DNA of 64,000 nucleotides from an uncultured cyanobacterium (GTDB lineage Bacteria; Cyanobacteriota; Cyanobacteriia; Cyanobacteriales; CAWUOF01): NCBI GenBank assembly GCA_963744145.1, contig CAVUSO010000001.1, positions 480,001 to 544,000 of the forward strand, read 5' to 3'. Shown piece by piece: positions 55,553 to 64,000 of this stretch (position 1 is its first letter; each line of letters starts with the position of its first letter). The notes under the pieces were generated by a model. It saw only the letters and a program-made list of their open reading frames with translations, ran no database searches and was not told where the DNA came from. The position numbers and the translations under genes were made by a program.

Positions 55553-58500
55553 ATGCAGCTCACCACAGAAAATAGTAAGCCCAAAATTCTGGTCGTCGAT
55601 GATGAGCCAGATAATCTGGACTTGCTTTATCGGACTTTTTATCGCGAATATAAGGTGTTGAGGGCAGAGAACGGACCGGAAGCCCTAGATATTTTGGCGG
55701 CTGAAGGGGAAGTAGCAGTAATTATTTCGGATCAGAGAATGCCACATATGAGTGGCACGGAATTTCTCAGTCTGACCGCTACTCAGTACCCAGATATTAT
55801 TCGGATTATTTTAACGGGCTATACAGATGTTGATGATTTGGTAGAAGCTATTAATTCTGGCAAGGTATTTAAGTATGTAACTAAACCCTGGGATGCGGAT
55901 GCTTTAAAGACTTTGGTCCGGCAAGCTGTTGATACACATAATGTCTTGAAAGCTCGGACTCAGGAGTTGTTTCGGACACTACGTTCAGAAGCTTTGTTGA
56001 ATTCGGTCACCAATACTATTCGTAGTGCCAATAATTATCGGCAAATGCTGCAAACCATAGTGGAAACTGTGGGGCAAATGTATGAGGTGAGTTGTTGTAT
56101 TCTACGTCCAGTCCAAGATGGACGGATGGTAGATGAGTGGTTTGTCTATAAAAATGATAAAGAATCGGAATCAGATGACCAAGAATTAATGTCCCGGGCT
56201 GCCGAATTGTTACCGGAAACGGTGTGGGAATCTCAAGATGTAGAGTTGATTGCCGATGTTGAGTCTGATGAACGGATTCAAGGAAGAAGGGCCGAAGCTT
56301 ATCAGGCTGGAGATATTCGCTCTAGTTTGATTGTGCCTTTAGCTTATCGAGGAGAGTTAATGGCAGTATTGGCTTTACATCAGTGTCGGCACCGTCGGGA
56401 ATGGTTGGGACATGAAGTCCAGTTAGTGATTATGGTAGCTGATCAGGCGAGTTTAGCTCTGTCTCAAGCGCGGGCTTATGAGCAGGTTAGGGCTTTAGCT
56501 AGAAGAGAAGCTTTAATTAATACTATTACAGCCGCAATTCGGTCTAGTTTAGACCCCCAGGAGATTTTTGCCGCGATTACCCAAAAATTGGGTCAGGCTT
56601 TGCATGTAGATGGCTGTGCGCTGTCATTATGGACAGAGGATGATGAGTTTGTTCAATGTGTGGGGTTATATGATGCTTTGTTGGATGTCGATTCCCTGAC
56701 TGAACAAGCAGAGCTGCATTCTAGTTTAGCTCGAGATGCCTTTTTGCCCCGATCGCTAGTGCCAATTCGTCAAAATCCGGTCCTACAACAGTTGTTGGAA
56801 ACTCAACTTCCAGTTGTACTTGATGATATGGATCGGCAACCAGAAATGAATGTTTTGGATTTGCCCCTCCGATCGCCAGCCCGCGCTCTGTTAGTAGTGC
56901 CCTTGATTGCTGATGGTCAAGTAATTGGTAGTATTTCCCTCCGTCAAACTGATGGTCCACGTTCTTGGTCGGGGGCAGAAGTGGATTTAGCCCAAGCAGT
57001 AGCAGCTCAAGCCGCGATCGCTGTCCAACAATCACGGCTATATCAAAAAACCCGACAACAAGCGGAAAGATTAATGGAAGTAGATCGACTCAAAACCGAG
57101 TTTTTCCAAAATATTTCCCATGAATTCCGCACACCTTTGACTTTAATGATTGGTCCGTTAGAGTCAGCCATTAATCAGGGGATAGATTTACCCCTCGATC
57201 AAGCCGCGATCGCCCTCCGTAATTCCCGCAGATTACTACGTTTAGTCAATCAATTATTAGATTTACAACGTTTAGATGCAGGCAAAATGCAGCCCAAGTT
57301 TCGCCCCTGTGATTTGGTCAATTTTGTCGAACAAACAGTAGCGACTTTTCGTCCTTACTGTGAAAAAAAAGGAATTACTCTCCATACCCATACTCCTCCC
57401 TCTTGTGACCGAGTTTATCTAGATTTAGAGCGTTTCGATAAGGTCCTCTATAATCTACTCTCCAATGCCATGAAATTTACTCCTAGTGGCGGCACAATTA
57501 CCGTATCTTTACAACCCGCAGGGGATCATATTTTGTTGCAAGTCAAAGATACAGGAATTGGCATTCGAGCTGATCAAATTCCCCATTTATTTGAAAGATT
57601 TCGTCAAGCAGAAGGTTCAGCATCACGTTCCTACGAAGGTAGTGGGTTGGGGTTAGCCCTAGTCAAGGAATTAGTAGAATTACATAAAGGTCAAGTATCG
57701 GTCGAGTCGGTCTATGGTGCAGGAACAACTTTTGGGGTATGGTTACATAAAGGTGTCTCTCATTTACCTCTAGAACAGATCATAGAAGTCCCAGCCGATG
57801 TCCACTCATCCCGCTCAAGTGTGGAGTTGGCTGATGTGGAGATGGAGTTACAGGAAGAAGATGGAGCCATTACACAGGACATTGGTGCGATCGCATCAGC
57901 TCCCGCGTCCTCTTTAAGTGCGCCGATCGAAACCAAAGAAAATCAAAAATGCACAATTTTGGTAGTAGATGATAATCCAGATTTGCGTACTTATGTCTCA
58001 GGGATAATGCGGGGACAGGGTTATCAAGTAAAAACTGCCAGAAATGGTGGGGAAGGTTTCGCGATCGCCCAATCCTATCCACCAGATTTGATGGTGACAG
58101 ACTTGATGATGCCCTTAGTTTCAGGATTAGACTTAATTCGGATGATGCGTGAGGATGAGGCTTTAAAGGGAACACCGATCATTTTATTAACCGCAAAAGC
58201 TGATGAAGATACCCGCATAGAGGGAGCATTGCAAGGGGCAGATATTTATTTATCAAAACCGTTTAATGATCGAGAATTGTTAGCAGCAGTAAGAAATTTG
58301 TTAGCCCTCAAACAAAATGAACGTCGAGTCCGGGAATTAAATAGTTATTTAACTGAGTCGGTCCTGAAGCGATTTTTACCACCATCAATGGTATCAAAAG
58401 CAGCAGCCGGAACACTGTCTTTAGATTTACGCCCAGAACCAAAGTTAATTACCATTTTGTTTAGTGATATTGTGGGCTTTACTCAAATGGCTAATACCCT

Positions 58501-59005
58501 GCGTAGTCGTCGAGTCGCAGAGGTACTCAATGAGTATTTGGCGCAGATGACTAGAGCTGTATTTGATAATGGTGGTACAGTAGATAAATTTGTCGGTGAT
58601 GCGGTCATGGCAATTTTTGGCGCACCAGAAGAAATTACACCGAATGAACAAGTCCGTCGGGCGATCGCTGCGGCTAGACAAATGCACTATGCTTTAGATG
58701 AGTTAAATCAATCTTGGCAAGAACAGGGTTTACCTTTAGTGCGTTTTCGCTGTGGGATTCACCAGGGTACAGCCGTGGTGGGGATGTTTGGTAGTGCGGA
58801 AAGAGCAGACTATACCGCGATCGGTCCTGCCGTAAATATTGCCGCCCGTTTGCAGGAAGCAGCTGACCCGGATTCGGTGTTAGTGTCAGCCGCAGTAGCT
58901 GATTATATGGAAGATGATGAAATTGTCAAGTATGGTTCATTGCAGTTGAAGGGAATTGATGAAACGGTGTTGGCTTTTGAGTTGAAACAAGAGCAGGAAA
59001 ATTGA
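55553..59005 (+). CDS. cyaC: Hybrid sensor kinase-adenylate cyclase (REC-GAF-GAF-HK-REC-cyclase)
   Basis: ILVVDDE, ISHEFRTPL, NLLSNAMKF, GSGLGL, second REC, FSDIVGFT, VDKFVGD. Confidence 0.93.
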   Translation: MQLTTENSKPKILVVDDEPDNLDLLYRTFYREYKVLRAENGPEALDILAAEGEVAVIISDQRMPHMSGTEFLSLTATQYPDIIRIILTGYTDVDDLVEAINSGKVFKYVTKPWDADALKTLVRQAVDTHNVLKARTQELFRTLRSEALLNSVTNTIRSANNYRQMLQTIVETVGQMYEVSCCILRPVQDGRMVDEWFVYKNDKESESDDQELMSRAAELLPETVWESQDVELIADVESDERIQGRRAEAYQAGDIRSSLIVPLAYRGELMAVLALHQCRHRREWLGHEVQLVIMVADQASLALSQARAYEQVRALARREALINTITAAIRSSLDPQEIFAAITQKLGQALHVDGCALSLWTEDDEFVQCVGLYDALLDVDSLTEQAELHSSLARDAFLPRSLVPIRQNPVLQQLLETQLPVVLDDMDRQPEMNVLDLPLRSPARALLVVPLIADGQVIGSISLRQTDGPRSWSGAEVDLAQAVAAQAAIAVQQSRLYQKTRQQAERLMEVDRLKTEFFQNISHEFRTPLTLMIGPLESAINQGIDLPLDQAAIALRNSRRLLRLVNQLLDLQRLDAGKMQPKFRPCDLVNFVEQTVATFRPYCEKKGITLHTHTPPSCDRVYLDLERFDKVLYNLLSNAMKFTPSGGTITVSLQPAGDHILLQVKDTGIGIRADQIPHLFERFRQAEGSASRSYEGSGLGLALVKELVELHKGQVSVESVYGAGTTFGVWLHKGVSHLPLEQIIEVPADVHSSRSSVELADVEMELQEEDGAITQDIGAIASAPASSLSAPIETKENQKCTILVVDDNPDLRTYVSGIMRGQGYQVKTARNGGEGFAIAQSYPPDLMVTDLMMPLVSGLDLIRMMREDEALKGTPIILLTAKADEDTRIEGALQGADIYLSKPFNDRELLAAVRNLLALKQNERRVRELNSYLTESVLKRFLPPSMVSKAAAGTLSLDLRPEPKLITILFSDIVGFTQMANTLRSRRVAEVLNEYLAQMTRAVFDNGGTVDKFVGDAVMAIFGAPEEITPNEQVRRAIAAARQMHYALDELNQSWQEQGLPLVRFRCGIHQGTAVVGMFGSAERADYTAIGPAVNIAARLQEAADPDSVLVSAAVADYMEDDEIVKYGSLQLKGIDETVLAFELKQEQEN

Positions 59006-59101
59006 TCGAATTTGCTACTAATGGAAATTGAATTAATCCAGTTGCTTAGTTCTACAGATATGCTGGATCACTTAGAAGTAAATATTGGTAAGAGGTGCTA
59101 C

Positions 59102-60190
59102 ATGGAAATCGGTGTACCCAAGGAAACTAAGGATCAGGAATATCGGGTAGGTTTGAGTCCGAGTAGTGTGAGGGTGTTGGGAGAAAATGGTCATTCAGTC
59201 TGGGTGGAAACTGGAGCTGGGTTAGGATCTGGTTTTACGGATGATGATTATCGTGAAGCGGGTGCTCAGATCGTGGATCAGGCTAAAGCTGCTTGGGATC
59301 GAGAACTGGTGATCAAGGTCAAAGAACCGCTCGAACCAGAGTATCAATTTCTGCAAAAAGAACAGTTACTCTTTACTTACCTACACTTGGCTGCAAATAG
59401 AAACCTCACTGAACATTTGCTTCATTCTGGGATCACAGCGATCGCTTATGAAACGGTAGAATTGGCTGATAAAAGACTACCACTCCTGACCCCAATGAGC
59501 ATTATTGCTGGACGGTTAGCAGTGCAATTCGGAGCCAGATTTCTCGAACGTCAAGAGGGAGGTCGAGGGGTTCTGCTTGGGGGGATACCTGGGGTAAAAC
59601 CGGGAAAAGTAGTAATTTTAGGTGCGGGTATTGTGGGTACGGAAGCAGCGAGGATGGCGATCGGGGTTGGTGCCCATATCCAAATTTTGGATATTAATGT
59701 GGATCGATTAGCCTATCTAGAAACTCTTTTCGGATCACGAGTAGAACTACTCTATAGTGAGTCTTTACTAATTGAAAAAATTATTCCTGAAGCTGACTTA
59801 CTAATTGGTGCTGTGCTAGTACCCGGACGACGGGCTCCTGTGCTAGTACCCCGAAAATTGGTAGCAAAAATGCGCCCTGGTTCAGTTATTGTTGATGTGG
59901 CAGTGGATCAAGGTGGTTGTGTCGAAACATTGCGAGCCACATCTCACACTAATCCTGTTTATATAGAAGAAGGAGTAGTTCACTATGGTGTACCCAATAT
60001 GCCCGGAGCGGTGCCATGGACATCAACTCAAGCCCTCAATAATAGCACTTTACCCTATATTTTGAAGTTAGCTGGGGCTGGAATTGGGGCTTTAGAACTA
60101 GATCCAGCTTTAAAGCGAGGGTTGAACGTCCAGAATCACAAATTAGTTCATCCTGTGGTGCAAGAAGTATTTCCTGATTTAGCGAAATAA
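59102..60190 (+). CDS. ald: Alanine dehydrogenase
   Basis: MEIGVPKETKDQEYRV, FTYLHLA, DVAVDQGG, VPNMPGAVP. Confidence 0.96.
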   Translation: MEIGVPKETKDQEYRVGLSPSSVRVLGENGHSVWVETGAGLGSGFTDDDYREAGAQIVDQAKAAWDRELVIKVKEPLEPEYQFLQKEQLLFTYLHLAANRNLTEHLLHSGITAIAYETVELADKRLPLLTPMSIIAGRLAVQFGARFLERQEGGRGVLLGGIPGVKPGKVVILGAGIVGTEAARMAIGVGAHIQILDINVDRLAYLETLFGSRVELLYSESLLIEKIIPEADLLIGAVLVPGRRAPVLVPRKLVAKMRPGSVIVDVAVDQGGCVETLRATSHTNPVYIEEGVVHYGVPNMPGAVPWTSTQALNNSTLPYILKLAGAGIGALELDPALKRGLNVQNHKLVHPVVQEVFPDLAK

Positions 60191-60231
60191 TAGCCCATCC
60201 ACCTTTAAAAATAAATAATTTGAGTTTGTTC

Positions 60232-60268
60232 GTAGTAAGCGCAAAGAGCGAAGACAGCGCTTACTACC
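60232..60268. repeat. REP-like GTAG hairpin
   Basis: GTAGTAAGCGC ... GCGCTTACTAC. Confidence 0.6.
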
Positions 60269-60307
60269 AACGAAAGTGCCCAATTGTCTCAAGCTCGTCA
60301 AAAATTT

Positions 60308-61435
60308 ATGCTGCCATTTATTCGTCCAGATTTGCATGTACTTAATCCCTATACTCCTCACCCAGGGGAAATGTTCGGGACTGAAGAAATAACGGTTGAT
60401 CGTGTTGATACTAATGAAAGTCCCTATGACCTCCCCCGCGAGTTAAAAGCGAAGTTAGCATGGGCTTATGAACAGGAAATTGAGACTAATCGCTATCCAG
60501 ATGGTGCCCAGATTGGACTCAAAACCGCGATCGCTGAGTATGTGAACGAATCATTACCACAACCACTCTTTGATGTTGCTCATATTTCTCTTGGTAATGG
60601 TTCGGACGAATTGATTCGTTCTGTGTTAATTGCTACTTGTCTGGGTGGATTAGGTACAATTTTGGTAGCTAATCCCACTTTTTCTATGTATGGCATTCTA
60701 GCCCAAACCTTGGGCATCCCAGTAGTGACAGTAAATCGCTCAGAAACTAATTTTGAAATGGATTTAACTGCCGCTCAAGCAGCAATTCAATCAACCCAAA
60801 ATCCACCAGTACGAGTCGTCTTTGCAGTTCACCCTAATTCTCCCACGGGTAATGCTTTAACTACAGCCGAACTCGATTGGCTTAGAAATTTACCAGACCA
60901 TATTTTAGTGGTGATTGATGAAGCTTATTTTGAATTTAGTGGTACGAGTATAGTTAAGGAATTGACTCAAAAAAATAATTATGTAATTTTACGGACATTT
61001 TCTAAGGCATTTCGTTTAGCGGGTTTGCGTTTGGGATATGCGATCGCGAATCCGGAACTGATTACTATCCTCGAAAAGATCCGGCTTCCCTATAATTTGC
61101 CTAGCTTTTCCCAAATCTCTGCTCAACTAGCTCTAAGACACAGACAAGAACTACTCGCAACGATTCCCCAAACCTTAAGCGAGCGATCGAGATTAATCAA
61201 TGCTTTCACCATCAACCCAGTTTTACAAGTATGGCCTAGTGACGCTAATTTTATTTATTTGCGTCTGCAACACGCATCTGATCCTGTCCTTACCCAAGTA
61301 GTGCATCAACTGAAAAGATTAGGTACTTTAGTCCGTCAAACTGGTCATGGTTTACGCATTACCATTGGTAGTCCCGAGGAAAACTCACGTACCCTGAATC
61401 GACTTCTCTCCATCATCAGCGATTTTAAGCCGTGA
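60308..61435 (+). CDS. hisC: Histidinol-phosphate aminotransferase
   Basis: [39 protein letters not shown]. Confidence 0.95.
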   Translation: MLPFIRPDLHVLNPYTPHPGEMFGTEEITVDRVDTNESPYDLPRELKAKLAWAYEQEIETNRYPDGAQIGLKTAIAEYVNESLPQPLFDVAHISLGNGSDELIRSVLIATCLGGLGTILVANPTFSMYGILAQTLGIPVVTVNRSETNFEMDLTAAQAAIQSTQNPPVRVVFAVHPNSPTGNALTTAELDWLRNLPDHILVVIDEAYFEFSGTSIVKELTQKNNYVILRTFSKAFRLAGLRLGYAIANPELITILEKIRLPYNLPSFSQISAQLALRHRQELLATIPQTLSERSRLINAFTINPVLQVWPSDANFIYLRLQHASDPVLTQVVHQLKRLGTLVRQTGHGLRITIGSPEENSRTLNRLLSIISDFKP

Positions 61436-61922
61436 GTAGTTCCGAAGCTGGACGCACCATCCTAATCGTATGAGGCATCACCCCTACTAGACGGGCCATT
61501 GCCTCATCCGGTAATTTGGCTACTGTTTCTAAATCAAAATACATTTCAAACTGGGTCAAAATCCGCTGGGCTCGTTGTAATGGTGATGGTGTGGCTGTTA
61601 AATCTGCTGTGACTCGAATCCAGTGTTGTCTAGTTTCATAAGCCTTTTTTTTGTCTTCGTAAGATTCTGGATAGATTAAGGATAAATCTCCCACGGGAAT
61701 AGTACGTTGACAACCGAGATCAAACAAACCGCCCACCGCTGCTCCTGGACCAGCAAATTCAGCATGGAAACGTTTGTAGATAATTAGTCCATTACGACGT
61801 TTACTATCTACCATCAGTAATTGTCCACTATTCAACTGGGTAAGAACTTCCGAAGAATTGGAGTATTTAATCAGTTCTACATGCTCATTGGGGTGATCAT
61901 GGCTTGGGTTTTTATTATACAT
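61425..61922 (-). CDS. Conserved cyanobacterial protein with Crp-like C-terminal HTH
   Basis: [45 protein letters not shown]. Confidence 0.75.
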   Translation of the reverse strand: MYNKNPSHDHPNEHVELIKYSNSSEVLTQLNSGQLLMVDSKRRNGLIIYKRFHAEFAGPGAAVGGLFDLGCQRTIPVGDLSLIYPESYEDKKKAYETRQHWIRVTADLTATPSPLQRAQRILTQFEMYFDLETVAKLPDEAMARLVGVMPHTIRMVRPASELLTA

Positions 61923-62942
61923 TTGAGCTAAAGGCCCTCTTTATGCCCGCTAAGGTTTTGATCAGAGAATGGACTTTTATGGGGTTTTAATGTCAGATAT
62001 CAGGGAAATAAATCTTCTCTTACATCAATCATTACGTTGTCCCAGACATTAAATTAAAAGTAATCATGAAGACTTTCCTTTCTTTTTTAAAGAAATTGTA
62101 AAGCTGTTGCCAGCTCTACAAATAGGGTATGACTCCCCTCTTGACAAATATTTCGCCATTATTGAACAGGATAGATGATGAATCAAAGTAAGTAAACCTA
62201 ATTACTACTATCTCATTTTTTTTAAAATTATCAAAATACCTAGACTTAAAACTTTGTGAAAAATATTGTGGGCTGGTCAGCCTTAGTAAACTCACAGTGA
62301 GCCGCTACTAATAAATAACGCTTTATGCTATAGCTCGTCAAGAGGATAGTATTCTTTTTAGAGAGAATTTAATGTGGTTCATCTTTAATTTTAATTTCCG
62401 GATTTTTGCCCAGAAGCAAACTTTTCTCTAGGCATAAATTTGGTCAGGACAATTCTTAATCTCACTTCCGGAGCGAAAAATATAGAGCTTTTTGGGGAAT
62501 TGTAATTTAAGTGATGTAGTTACCACGCTCGGTAGCTAATTGGGCGGAATTTCCCTAAATGCTCTGGACTAAATCAGGACTCACTTAGTCAGTGAGTCCT
62601 ATTTTCAGTTTGGACTTGATTTAACTATTCTCAAAATTAGGATTTGGTAGCTTAAACAATGAATAAAAATCTAATTTTTTAATAATGTAAACATTTGGTT
62701 AAGAAAATTAAAGATATTTAGGTAAAAGGCAAGACTTTATGTATAAAATAGATTCATAACAATCGAGAGAAAATAATCAATTTAGAAACCACCATAAACT
62801 TGGAAATCCCAGGAAAGATTTTGGTGCGTGGAAAAAAATAACAGCCAGAAGACGTGAGCAATGTCTTGATATTAAAAGACAAAAAGCTCTGAAAACTAGC
62901 CGGAAATATTGATTAATAATCAGCTTTAAAGGAAGAAAGCAA

Positions 62943-64000
62943 ATGGTGACATTAGTAAGTCCAAAAATTTCCTCAGCGAAAGAGCAAGCATTAGTTTTAT
63001 GGTTTGAGCAGGTAGGTATTAATGACATTCCCTTAGTAGGAGGCAAAAATGCTTCTTTAGGAGAAATGATCAAACAGCTTACTCCCAAAGGTGTGCGTGT
63101 TCCCAACGGTTTCGCGACCACAGCTAATGCGTACCGTCGTTTTATCGAAGCAGGAGAATTAGAAACAAAATTACGAGAGCTATTTGCAGATTTAGATATT
63201 GAGAACATGAATAATCTGCGAGAAAAAGGTCAAGAAGCTAGGTCTTTACTGCTGAGAACTCCTTTTCCTCAAGACTTGCAAGATGAAATCAGCATAGCTT
63301 ATGCCAAAATGTGCAAAGAATATGGCATAGATACAGATGTAGCAGTAAGGTCTTCTGCTACTGCTGAAGATTTACCAGATGCGAGTTTTGCGGGACAGCA
63401 AGAAACCTATCTGAATGTACATGGTCTGCAAGGAGTATTAGAATCCTGTCACAAATGTTTTGCTTCAATTTTCACCGATCGGGCAATTTCCTATCGGACA
63501 ATCAAAGGATTTGATCACTTTGATGTTGCGTTGTCGGTGGGTGTGCAAAAGATGGTACGTTCGGACTTATCTTGCTCAGGAGTAATGTTTTCGATCGATA
63601 CCGAAACTGGCTTTAAAAATGCAGCTTTAGTCACAGCAGCTTATGGGTTGGGAGAAAACGTCGTCCAAGGTGCAGTGAATCCAGATGAATATTTAGTATT
63701 TAAGCCAACTTTAAAACAAGGTTTTCGACCAATTCTGGAAAAACGGCTGGGCACCAAAGAAATCAAAATGATTTATGATCTTGGAGGTGGGAAATTAACT
63801 AAAAATGTCATTGTTCCAGTAGCAGAACGGAATAAATTTGCGTTGAGTGATGAGGAAATTCTCCAATTAGGTAAGTGGACTTGTATCATTGAAGATCATT
63901 ATTCCCAGGTTCGGGGTAAAAATAGCCCAATGGATATTGAATGGGCTAAAGATGGTAATACAGGTGAACTGTTTATCGTCCAAGCACGTCCCGAAACCGT
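62943..64000 (+). CDS. ppsA: Phosphoenolpyruvate synthase, partial (runs off right edge)
   Basis: Manual translation: VGGKNASLGEM, VAVRSSATAEDLPDASFAGQQETYLN, MDIEWAKDG, IVQARPET. Confidence 0.96.
   Translation, partial: MVTLVSPKISSAKEQALVLWFEQVGINDIPLVGGKNASLGEMIKQLTPKGVRVPNGFATTANAYRRFIEAGELETKLRELFADLDIENMNNLREKGQEARSLLLRTPFPQDLQDEISIAYAKMCKEYGIDTDVAVRSSATAEDLPDASFAGQQETYLNVHGLQGVLESCHKCFASIFTDRAISYRTIKGFDHFDVALSVGVQKMVRSDLSCSGVMFSIDTETGFKNAALVTAAYGLGENVVQGAVNPDEYLVFKPTLKQGFRPILEKRLGTKEIKMIYDLGGGKLTKNVIVPVAERNKFALSDEEILQLGKWTCIIEDHYSQVRGKNSPMDIEWAKDGNTGELFIVQARPET

Overview
Cyanobacterial chromosome segment (frequent HIP1 GCGATCGC; psbA, cyaC, cofG). It holds three accessory blocks within housekeeping genes. 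(1) 1-5606: a type I RM-derived operon in which hsdR survives only as a ~33-codon C-terminal stub with a triplicated 28-bp segment. hsdM and hsdS are intact and are followed by a second, degenerate HsdM-like methylase (NLPF motif, extra C-terminal domain) that reads in frame into an ABC/AAA ATPase running off the window; the ORF track misses both. (2) 8141-24853: a ~16.7-kb insert splitting an ARTO-type terminal oxidase operon between subunits II and I. It carries a TE-less lipopeptide NRPS (FAAL-T-C-A[acidic?]-T-C-A[Ala]-T-C-A[Gly]-T-C), IS4/IS66 remnants and an MFS exporter. (3) 45.4-50.7 kb, next to tRNA-Cys: an orphan hsdS, MITEs, and an AT-rich three-gene operon (PD-(D/E)XK nuclease-like protein with an acidic disordered tail plus two membrane proteins) divergent from an HTH gene across an array of 10-bp repeats. 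Core genes include wzc-like, ilvN, nhaS3, a kinase-AAA-GAF-cyclase, serS, rseP, dapL, cofG, psbA, recR (no canonical start), cyaC, ald, hisC and ppsA. Several 1-2 bp insertions, even in psbA and rseP, point to assembly errors, so frameshifts and fusions need caution.
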